A DNA stretch of 60,000 bases from Lama glama (lineage: Eukaryota): assembly GCA_028534125.1 (NCBI GenBank), contig CM052818.1, forward strand, positions 38,256,001 through 38,316,000, read 5' to 3'. Position 1 is the stretch's first letter; each line of letters opens with the position of its first letter. The notes beneath the pieces were generated by a model. That model made no database searches. It was not told the DNA's origin and saw nothing but the letters and a program-made list of their open reading frames with translations. The position numbers and the translations under genes were made by a program. Positions 50,151-60,000 of this stretch are shown here, piece after piece.

Positions 50151-51144
50151 ATTTCTTACCTCATGGGGGCCCATAGTTCTTCCCAATATCTCCATAGGTA
50201 GAATTTTCCTGAAAACCTCTAGCCTCCTTCTCTGCCCACCAGAAGGAATACGGAGCTATCCACAGTTCTGGTTTAAAAATGACTTCTTTCTCTGTCTCCC
50301 TACTGCCCTTTCTCCTGGTTCTCCACGCTCTCCTGCAGCTTGCAGTGATGGGCACACTGCTGCAGGCCTTCTGTCAAGGAAGCCAACACTGATAGAGCAA
50401 AGGCAGGGGAGGGGGTAGGGGAGACAGTATCGCCTGTAACTTCCCAGAGGAAGAAAAATGTCTGCAAATATGATAACTATGAAAAGCACACAAACCTCTT
50501 ATAAATTATGAAACATTATTTTATACTTTAAAAATTATACATTTTTCATCAGGATAAAAAATAAAAATCCAGTACTAATGCACTCAAATAGCCTGCGCTC
50601 CTGCCTGTATTAACGGGGCAGAGTCCTGGAGGCTCCGAGGAAGCCCGTCGGAGCTCACGTCCACCTGGAACACAACTCCTTCTGAGCCCCCCTGACCGGG
50701 CGAGCTGCAGTTCCCAGTTGTAAACGGTCAAGCTCTCCAGACAGGACCAAAGCAATGACGCTCGGCAACCTGGTTGTCTTAAAAGAAACCCTCTTGAAAA
50801 ATGACCGCAATCTCTCTTCTAGGCGGGATAGTAAGTCTTGGCTCAGAGATGAGAAAGAGACAAAAATGTGTCCTTTGTTGGAAGTGCCCCAGTTGGGGCT
50901 TTAGGCATCAGTTTTCCTGCTGAAGAGAACACTGCTACTGAGGGAGTTTCAGGAGCCGAGAGGAGATAACGTTCCCTGGACAGGAGGCAATCAGTCACCC
51001 CAGCCTCCAGAGTCCAGCTTCTCATTTTCAAATGATGGCCCTGATAGTCCAGAATGACCTGGTTGGTGCTGTTCAGGACTCGGTCCCCAGGACCAGGGAG
51101 GAAAGAGGATGGAGTGTATGCAGGAGAGTGTGGTATACAGGCCT

Positions 51145-51244
51145 AGAGAAGGAGAGTGAAAAGAGGAGGGGAGAGGGGGCAGGGAAGGGAGAGTGAAGAG
51201 AAAGAGAAGGAATAGGAGGAGAAGGAGGCAGAGAAGGAGAAAGA
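51145..51244 (+). repeat. Polypurine (GA-rich) low-complexity tract
   Basis: About 100 nt of almost only A and G on the plus strand. Confidence 0.85.
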
Positions 51245-51705
51245 CCTGTATCACTGGGATACCGCCTCATCAGCCCTTCCAGGTTCAGCCTTGCAGGGTT
51301 TGCGATCACCGAGAGGTTGGAGAATTTCAGTGAGCAGGGCCAGAAAGCAGGGGTGTTGACACCTATTTCTCCTCTCTTAAAATATTGATAATTTTCACAT
51401 ATTTTACTCTAGGCTAAATAATCTAAATCAATCAGTTAACTCCTGAAAAACCTGTCTGCATTTGCACTCACAAGGGCCAGTCTTCTCCCCTTACCTGTCT
51501 GCACATGCTGGCCATCCTTCCAAACGCAGCTCAGATTACAGCTTCCGGCTGCAGCCTTCCCTAACCACTGGTGCTAAGCTGTGATACCACCCCCTTCCTT
51601 TTCTGAATTTCTAGAGTAGTTATACACTGTAAAATTCACTTGGCAGTGAGTCATGTACTGCACAAGACACCCATGTCATTGTTCTTTCAAAGTGTTATTA
51701 AATAT

Positions 51706-51838
51706 AGGATGAACATATTCCAGGTTCAGCCCAGACGGTACCGGTTTACACGGGTTTGTTCAGATTAATAATTAATAACACCCCTGTTTACTCTCACAAC
51801 TACCCCAGGTCGGGAAGATAAATAATATGCTCAGTCCA
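51706..51838. mobile_element. MER94-like hAT-Blackjack MITE within an L2 fragment (~51440-51960)
   Basis: aggatgaacatattccaggttcagcccagacggtaccggtttacac...aattaataacacccctgtttactctca...gataaataatatgctcagtcc, with imperfect TIRs. Confidence 0.75.
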
Positions 51839-52519
51839 TTTAAATGTTAAATTCTGTGTCATTCCAGACTCTCTAATGAGAATCTAAGAGCTCCTCAGGG
51901 CTCTCTGTCATGCTCCACACCAGCCAGGCTCCTCACACACAGTGCCCAATAATATTTTTACTGTGAGCATGAACTGCCCTTTTCATTTTAAAAGACGGAA
52001 AGTGAACAAGCCCTATAAACCTGTAAACACGTTGAGTGTAAGGAGAGAGGTTTTAATTTAACTTAGGCCCTCACTGTGTTCACTGTGTAAGACCTGAAAC
52101 TCATCACATTCCAGAACCGAAGATGAATGTTATTCTCAGATTTGCGTCTGATTTTCAAAGATCACAGAGAAGGGGAAAGTGGCAATTCAAACACAGGCAC
52201 GCTGGTCTCCCCCTCCTGATGCCTGGAGACCGCTCGCCTTCTGCAAGCTCAGGCTGCCCAAGCCTGCAGGTCACCTTGGGTCACTCTGAGAGGTATTTAT
52301 CCAATTTCATTCTTACAGGAATATAAGTGGTACTGGCAAATAAAGTGAGAATTTAAATGACAAACATTCTGAAAATATCAGCCCAGAAAATGAAATCTCT
52401 TCTTCCTTATTGAAACATTACGTTCTCCAGGTGAAACTGAAAGTCATCTCTTTTCCTCCCTCTTCATTTCCTTCTAAGTGGGGAGAAGCCCGGAGATGAT
52501 TATGTCATCATCGATCAGT

Positions 52520-52910
52520 TCATCTACCCATCAGTCAACATTTATCAAGCACCTGCTCTGTACTCGGTGCCAGACATGAATGATGGGTGACATGGACACA
52601 GTCCCTGCCCTCAAGTAGTCTACAGTCTGATGTGCAAAAAAGGCATCAAATGCTTGTGGGATAATTATGTAACTAACACCTGGCATTAAGTACAAAGGAT
52701 TGTTTCAGCAAAATCTTGTCAGGAATCCTTAACCCCCTCTAGAGAATCAGAAAGCACCTCTGTAAATAAGAGACACTTAGACTGGGGCCCACATGATGAA
52801 GAGGAATGGACAGGCAAAGAAAATAGGACGAATGTTGCAGACAGGTTGCCGCTGGCACATAAGCCCTGAGATGGGAGTGAATGTCCTGACTTTGAGAAGC
52901 AAAACGTGTT
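52520..52910 (-). mobile_element. L2 3' end
   Basis: aacatttatcaagcacctgctctgtactcggtgccag...ggacacagtccctgccctcaagtagtctacagtctga. Confidence 0.75.
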
Positions 52911-53414
52911 CCAGCATCTGAGCAGGGGTGAGGGAGGAAAGGAGGAGTGGGCGTGGCCCAGGGCTCCAGGGTGTGGTTTCTTATTCTTCCTTTTGATCAT
53001 CATCCCAAAATCAGTTACTAAGGCCAACACCTAACCAGGCAGCTGAGTGAACATCAGAGTCAAGGCCAGGTCTTAAGGACTTTCAGTCTGACTCATATAG
53101 TAACACAGGACGTGAATTAGGCTTGGTAGGACTCAGGGCCCTGACAACAGCATTACTTTAAAAGATAGGCATGTGCATCTAACCACAATCACTTCTGAAC
53201 CAGCTGCTCCATTTCTAAGCACTCCTCACTCCCCCCAGTCCTATGTTCTGCTTCAGGAATAACCAATCCATCAGCTACCAGTTTTCTTGAACGCCAGCCT
53301 ACATGTGGCTGTAGATTACTATGCTAGTGCTACCAAAATAAAGAGTAAAGGGACACAGTCTGTCCCAAAGAAAACTAAAACGGGCAAGGGAAGTACTGGG
53401 AATAGTCCTTATTA

Positions 53415-53600
53415 GACGTGGTATAAAGAGGAATATGGACTTTGGAGTCAGAGAGGCTTGGGTTAAAATGTTAGCTCTATCACTTATGAATTTTGTAACA
53501 TTACATAATTTTATTAACCTCCCTAAGCCTCAATATATTAATTTGAAAAATGAAGGTAATATCTATCTACTTCCTAGAATTGTCAGGAAGATTGAATGAG
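53415..53600 (+). mobile_element. MIR SINE
   Basis: atggactttggagtcagagaggcttgggttaaaatgttagctctatcactta...ttaacctccctaagcctca...ttgtcaggaagattgaatgagg. Confidence 0.8.
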
Positions 53601-54664
53601 GTAATATTTTCAGTTACTATGTGTATCTGTGTGTGTTTCTGTATGTGCATGTGTGTGTATGTACAGGGGAAATGTCCCAAGTAACAAGGGAGACAGAGCA
53701 AAAAGATAAAGAGAGACTCTTCCTCACTCTTAAATTCACAGAGTGATAGGGATATAGACATATAGACACTATAATCACAATATAAAATAAAAATCCAGAA
53801 AGAGGTGATGAGTGTCTGTACTAAAAAGGAGAGGCAGAGGTGATGTGGAGAAAGAGAGATTTGAGAGCTATTTTAAGTAAATTCAAATTACACAGATTTG
53901 AAAGTGTGATATAAAAAAATGTTGATAAAGTTTTGTTTTCTATAGATATTTTGCAATAATGTGAATTCCCTGAATGTAAAATGCATTGAAACTTGGTTCT
54001 TTCAAAACTGGCCAAATGTATCGAAGTTGTGTTTACACTCTAACCACAAGGCAGTGGCACTTTAGCTGGTAAACAGAAATGCCTTTTTAAAGGGTTAGTC
54101 TTAACTTAAGCAAGTTCCCAGCTATGCATGGTTTTCAGGAACCACATCCCTCCCAGTAAGTCCAGGTCACCTTGCATTTGGGGTGGGGTCAGGGAGAGTG
54201 CTAAGACTTAAATGAATAAAGGGCAAAGAGATGTTATAAGGGAGAAGAAAAGGTAATGGTCAGCTTAGATTCTTTGGATGTAGATTCCAAGTTTATGTGA
54301 CTTAGTAGCTGACAAAGCCACTTACTAAGACCACAAGTCAAAGTGAGTTCCCCATGAGAAGCATGCAAAGGTATGTCAAATAACTGTATTTCAGAGATAT
54401 CAATAATTAGGTTCCTGTGTCTTGTCAGATGTGGGTCAGAAAGAACCCTAAGGACCCCTCCAAACAAGACGAGGGTCTTCCTCATGCTTCTGCTCCATTC
54501 CCACAGTCCTCAGGGTGAGTGCCATTCCTTTGGAGCTGACTCTGCCAACTCTTTTCTACTTTATTGTTTAGCATTTTACATGTTCCAGTGCTGCCCCCTG
54601 TGTGGACTGTGGTCTCCTCGAGTTGGCGGTGGCAACGGCAGTAGCAAGTGGCAGCAGTGGTAAT

Positions 54665-54914
54665 AATGATAATATTTATATTATGCTTACCATGTGCCAA
54701 ACTCTGTTCTAAATGTTTTTCATGCATTAACCCATTTACTCCCCTTACAGACCTCTGAGGTAGATAATTGTTTTATGTTCATCTTACAGAGGAAGAAACT
54801 GAAGAACAGAGGATAACTAACTTGCCCAGGGGCACACACAACAGAGCCAGGATTCGAACCCAGGTAGCCTGCCTCTGGAATCTGTGCTTTTATCCGCCAT
54901 GTTATCCTGCCTCT
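54665..54914 (-). mobile_element. MIR SINE, near full length
   Basis: gcttaccatgtgccaaactctgttctaaatg...ttacagaggaagaaactgaag...taacttgcccagggg...gagccaggattcgaacccaggtagcctgcctctggaatc. Confidence 0.9.
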
Positions 54915-55449
54915 CCGGGTGGTGAAGGTTCACAGCCTTGTGGCTCTGAAGGTATAGGGATGGTAACAGGGGTTCTCTGAAGCACAGGACCCTGGTGAGC
55001 CTTCTTCCTGGACGCCCTTCCCTGTAATAAGAGGCCTTGGCAGCACTGAAGGACTGTAGCTCCGCCAAAACTCGGAAGGGACAGGCAGATCCCTGAGGGG
55101 CTCTGCTCCACTCAGCCTTTCCTTTTTGTGCCCTTGGTCTGTGAATTTCCTGGGATCCCCTATTAGGAACTGCCCATTTCTGCAGCAGCATCACCATTTG
55201 AGCTTCTCTTATCCTTAAGCCCAGACTAGCTCTGACTACCTCAACACTGAGGCACCTACCTTTGTTACTTCATTCTGAGGGAACCAACACAGAGAAAGAG
55301 CAGCAACATGCAGACTCATTTATACATCTTCTGCTGTGAGTGTGATGATGATGACCGACCATGTTGAGAGCCCAGGTGGGTATAATATCTGTCATATCTG
55401 CTAGGTACCCATGCTGGGCACCCTCCCTGGTGTAACATTTGTGGAAGGA

Positions 55450-55980
55450 GGTATTACTGAGAAGTTTTGGGCTTGAAAGGGACAAAACCCAACTTTCAAT
55501 ATCTTAGGTAACAGTAGAGATTAATTATTCAAATACTGTTGAACCATCTCAAGGAACTCAGGCCTAGGAATGTGGCTGGATCTCAGGAATTAACAGAACA
55601 AGGTATCACTCAGGATTCCTTCTCCAGCTCATATTTCCAGTCCTCTCTGCACAACCAATACACCTTTCTTTCTTTTTCTTTTTTCCTTTCTTCCATTCTG
55701 TTTCTTTCCTTATCTCTCTCCAGACCAGTTCTGCTTCTCAGGTCCTCGTGGAAAAGAACGTGTCCACTCATATCCCCTGAGCTCTCGATCTTACTGCTAC
55801 AGCACAGAGAAAAACACTTGACCCAACTCTCCAGGCCTCAAGTCCAAACCTTGGATCAGTGTCTAAGGAACAGAATCACTACTAGCAGAGCGGCTCCTAC
55901 AGACACATTAAGGATGAGCAAGGAAAAAGCAGTTACTAGAAAAGGGGGGCTAACGGGACAGCCCCATGGGTGTCTTCTAC
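55450..55980 (-). mobile_element. Old MaLR LTR (MLT1J/K/L-like)
   Basis: Decayed motifs: ttgaaagggacaaaacccaac; caggcctaggaatgtggctggatctcagg; gcagttactagaaaaggggg...gtgtcttctaca. Confidence 0.5.
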
Positions 55981-56119
55981 AAGTGGTCACCATGCCAATT
56001 AACGTACCTGGCAAACACCCTGAAGAAGATAAAGTTTGCCAAGGAGCTTCGTCATAATGCAGCATGGAAGCTGTAGGCACCGTGACTTGGTTAACGTGTG
56101 CATACGGCTGGCATTCTAT

Positions 56120-56340
56120 AACAACAGCTAATATTTATTACACATTTAAAATCTGCCAAGAGAATTTAGTAGCCACAAAATCTCTCTAAGATCATCATGT
56201 AATTATCTCTGTTTGAGAGATGAGAAAACTCAGTTTTGGAGACAGGAAGGGACCTGCGCAAGTTTACACGGCTAGAAGAGTTCAGTTTCAGAAAGTGAAC
56301 ATGGTTCTGTCCACACTTAGACCCAGCACTCTCGCCACTA
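56120..56340 (-). mobile_element. MIR SINE
   Basis: aacaacagctaatatttatt...agatgagaaaactcagttttggagacaggaagggacctgcgcaagtttacacggctag. Confidence 0.75.
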
Positions 56341-56918
56341 AGACACCCTCTCTTGCAGAAAAGACGTGTTATGCACTAAGCCTGATGCCAAGTGAAAAAC
56401 TCCAAATGCACATTCCAGGTGATTGAAAGAAAAAAAAATGTAAGAGAACCACCAGTCTTGAAGATGCACTATTTTGACTTTGATTCCCCTCATCCACTCA
56501 AAAAGAAGAGCTGACCCTGCTCAGCTTCCTAACCTCACGTGACTCCAGATGGCATTCCTGGACGGACATATAGCCACTCAGCAGTCTTAAGAAGAATCCG
56601 GTACCGTGTATCTGTTTATGCTTTGGCTTTCCAGGAAGGTCTTCCAAGTCCCCGAAGATCCAGGAGATAATTCTGTGGCATAAACTGTCACTTACAGACA
56701 AAGGTCCAGTAGCTGCCAGGTCCCTGTGTGATGCCACTTGTCTTGGGAGGCATGTGCTGGGTTTGGGATTTTAAGCACATCTCATGACTGCACTCAGGTT
56801 TTGTTGCTATTCTGTTTTATAGGTAAGAAAAATGAACACTGGAATATTTCATCGGGCCTACCTAAACCCCAAATCACAGACACCTCTCAGCTAAATAACT
56901 CTACAAGAGATTTTTTTC

Positions 56919-56977
56919 AAAAACAAAACCAAACAAAACAAAAACAAAAAGAACCAAAAAAAAAAAAAAAACCAAAA
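56919..56977 (+). repeat. A-rich (CAAAA)n / polyA low-complexity tract
   Basis: aaaaacaaaaccaaacaaaacaaaaacaaaaagaaccaaaaaaaaaaaaaaaaccaaaa. Confidence 0.85.
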
Positions 56978-57099
56978 CCTCAGTGCTGAAAGATTTCAGA
57001 GGAAAGACGCATCCCCGCCTGCCTGACTCCTCCTTGCACCACAGAGCCCTGCCTTTTCTCCTGTGGAGGTGGTTATCTGACTGCATTAAAGTTGCTCAT

Positions 57100-57247
57100 G
57101 CTCATCTGTCTCCCCCACTAGACTCTCTTCTTCACCATAGTATTTCCAGCATCCAGCACAGTGTCAAATATATACCAACTCAACAGGTGCTCAACATGGA
57201 CGGGAAGGAGGGAGGCAGAGAAGAGGGGAGGGAGGGAGGGAGGGAGG
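57100..57247 (+). mobile_element. L2 3' tail running into (GGGA)n
   Basis: catctgtctccccactagact...tatttccagcatccagcacagtg...caacaggtgctcaaca, followed by gggagggaggga repeats. Confidence 0.65.
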
Positions 57248-58289
57248 TCTAGGGGATGGATACAGTTCATGTGTTCTAACAGCAGGTAAGGTTTTCGAGC
57301 AAGTGATCTATAAACTTAGAAGAAGATCTATTAACACCTGGAGATCATTAGTTCTGACAAGAAGACACCCTGAGTGGTCACTGGGTTCCATAATCCTCAG
57401 ATAAAAGAGCCAAACCCTTCCCTAGTCTCTCAAGGAGGAGTGCAGGACTGCTTCCCTCTGTGAGTGGGACACCCCCGACCAAAACAGTGTGGGCAGAAAT
57501 GGCTGACTGAAGACCATGGCCATTCATCTCTCATCCTCAGCCCAGCACGGAGATCCTCCTAGTTATGCCAATTAAATTTCCATTTCTCATGTACCTTCAA
57601 CTACTGTCTTGAGCAAAACCTGAGCCTACAAAGCAAGCACTCTGACCCTCACCAAGGAAATGGTGTTAATTGTGTATCTTCGGGCCATGGGGCTTCAGCA
57701 GTGTAAATTGAAAAAGTGAAACCAATTTGAGAGATATGTAAATGACGAACTGAAAGAAGAATTAATATTTAGCTTTATAAAGAACACAGCTCTCCTCCTC
57801 ATTACGAAGGCTGTTTTTTACTGTAACCAGAAGGAAAAATGAATTGTTGGAAGCTCCTCAAAATGTGCAGCTGAGAACGCCTTTATATTAATGAGGGAAG
57901 TGATGTTGATTAATGGGCAGCCCGAAAGCAAGACGCTTACCTCTCTTCTGTCTTCCTGCCCGCCAGGGACCAGGTAGCCCACGAGGTCCCCAGGCACAGT
58001 GAGAGCACAGTCCCCTGGGTCTGCTGCTGGCTGGGGCACCGCATGGTCTGATCATGCTCCTTTCAATTATACTGACAAACATGTCTAGGCTTGAACAAAT
58101 TGGCCCCTGTGAATTAAGCTGCATTATTATAGAAATCCACATCTTTCAAGCCTCCCTGACCTTAATTGATCAGGATCCCTCTGTAGCAGCCTACAGCTAG
58201 TCCGGGAAAAGATTTTCTGAAAGTTTAGCTAAATGACAATATTGATTTTTACCCTTAATATTTTCTTACATTCATCACAGTTCTTACAT

Positions 58290-58470
58290 TTGCTCGGTAC
58301 ATTACATGTTCCCATGGCTCTATGGCCAGCATGATGTAATAAGTCCTCTAACACAGCCTAGCAAAGGCCCACAATCCCCATTTTACAGAACAGTCCGAGG
58401 CACAGAGAGGTAGAAACATCTTCACCAGGGAGTGACAAGTAAGACCTTTTGACTCACAGACTAGCAGTGC
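58290..58470 (-). mobile_element. MIR fragment
   Basis: atccccattttacagaacagtccgaggcacagagaggtaga. Confidence 0.6.
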
Positions 58471-58878
58471 TTCTCCTTAGTGATGGCTTCGAAGACTGTG
58501 TTTATTTTGGGCAAGAGCTTCTGTCTGAATTTGCCACCTTCTGGGTCACACAAGCCACAAGCCATCCAGGAATGAGAAGCCTACCTTCTTTCCTAACAAA
58601 CAGCAAAGAAAACAGCCTCCTTTGCCTGGTCTGCACACTGGCCATTCTTTATTCTTCTCTGTACAAACACAGGGCTTTCTGTGAACGATCAGATGCCAGA
58701 CTCCATATGCTGCCCAGCTCTGGGCATAGCCACCTGTGCTCAATTTCCAGCAGCCTTTCAAAGACTAGTGTCCTCTGAACCTCCTGAGACATCAGTCCAC
58801 ACAATGGAGTAGTGGCCTAAACAAGCAAGGTGAGCTTTGGTGGTACAAGAGTCATATTCTCTGCTTAAGAGTCCTTAG

Positions 58879-59668
58879 CAGGGAGGAGCAGGTTTAATGA
58901 GGTCTGAAACTTACGCAATTTTAAGGGTCTGCTTTAGAAAGGAACGCAGAGTTGCAAAACCAAAATTTTATATGAAAAAAAACATTTAGTTACAAAGACA
59001 AACTAAATCACAATATGCACATCATAGAAAACTGATAAATAGCATAATATCATAAAATCAAGAAAAATAACATATCTGCATTAGGTAACTGCCTATCATA
59101 GTTTTTTGGTATGTTTTCCTACATTTTTGGCTGTGTATGCCAACAATTTTATAACATCACTTTCAAGGCAGAGAAGAGAATGAAGTCAGTCTTTTTCTGC
59201 AGGTTTCTCCTACAATTCCCACTCCAAGGGTGGGAGGCACACTCACAAGGCAGCACTGCCTCTGGCCTTGCATCCTCTGACAACACCAGGCAGGTCATCT
59301 CAGCAGGTGGTAGGAGAATCCCGGAAGCCACTCCTACAACATGACAGCCAACTACAACTCACTTCTGCAAAAAAGGGACTGTCAACTACAAAACCCCAAC
59401 TCACTGGCACCTCAAGGCAGTTTCCCCTTAGCCGGGTCGCAAAACTGTGTACAGCTGCTCCACCAACAACAAAACAAGACATGTTGGAAAAGTTGGGGAG
59501 AAAGAAAGAGTAGCCTTAACTGGTAATAGTTAAAATAGCTCAATTTCATAAATTTTTACAAAAAGAACCATTTGAACATACTGCCAAGATCCCTCCCCAG
59601 ACCGTGGAAAGGACTTGTACAAGTGTGGAACCCCAAGTGAAGCTTCATAGTCTTCATAAAGCCCCCTG
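58879..59668. mobile_element. hAT-Tip100 non-autonomous element (MER115/Zaphod-like)
   Basis: Left end cagggaggagcaggtttaatgaggtctgaaacttacgcaattttaagggtctgctttagaaagg. Right end gtgaagcttcatagtcttcataaagccccctg. CAGGG...CCCTG termini. Confidence 0.7.
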
Positions 59669-60000
59669 TGGGCCCATTCTCAGTCTCCCTGTGCCAGCAG
59701 GAGTGGGGAGCGAGGAGGAACTCTAGAGGAGGTTACCATCTCTAACATACCTGGGATTAAGAGTACCTAAAGCAATGGACACTAATCATAGGCAAAGCTG
59801 GAACACTGACTCAAGCCACGTCTGGTCTGAACAGACCTTCGTTACACCAGATTGCCATCCTTACGGCAAAGCTGATGCAAGCCCTCAACTTGGATTTCAC
59901 ACCACTTTCCCAGGAGCCAGAAGGTTTGCTCATACCTCTTAGAGCCATACTTTTTCTTGGAAGGAGGCAATCTAGGAGTGCATGTCCAATATGTAAATGA

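Noticed and set aside
55539..56057. 172-aa ORF with a hydrophobic stretch
   Set aside because: Overlaps an old MaLR LTR; the hydrophobic run comes from a CT-rich tract.
1..60000. CRISPR arrays, operons, tRNA/rRNA genes or any prokaryotic-type system
   Set aside because: The sequence is mammalian and repeat-rich. I saw no regularly spaced repeat-spacer array or structural RNA gene.

Overview
Mammalian non-coding genomic DNA (intronic or intergenic), most likely from a camelid or another SINE-poor cetartiodactyl. That assignment rests on the 3' ends of two young L1 copies and on the absence of recognisable Alu, Bov-tA, PRE-1, CHR, Can-SINE or ERE SINEs. I could not support any host protein-coding exon or RNA gene. 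The supplied ORFs are chance ORFs or decayed transposon reading frames. Much of the window is interspersed repeat: L2, MIR, L3/CR1, old and young L1, MaLR/ERVL/ERV1 LTRs, and hAT elements (MER5, MER103, MER63, MER94, MER115/Zaphod-like). There is a 500-N scaffold gap at 20141-20640. The most informative structures are a decayed two-LTR ERVL provirus keeping gag and dUTPase remnants (30722-32656), several nested insertions with surviving target-site duplications, an L1 with a short twin-priming-type 5' inversion, and a few repeat-free blocks with enhancer-like motifs. I see no evidence of a novel biological system. Repeat family names come from recalled consensus sequences, not a database search, and boundaries are approximate.
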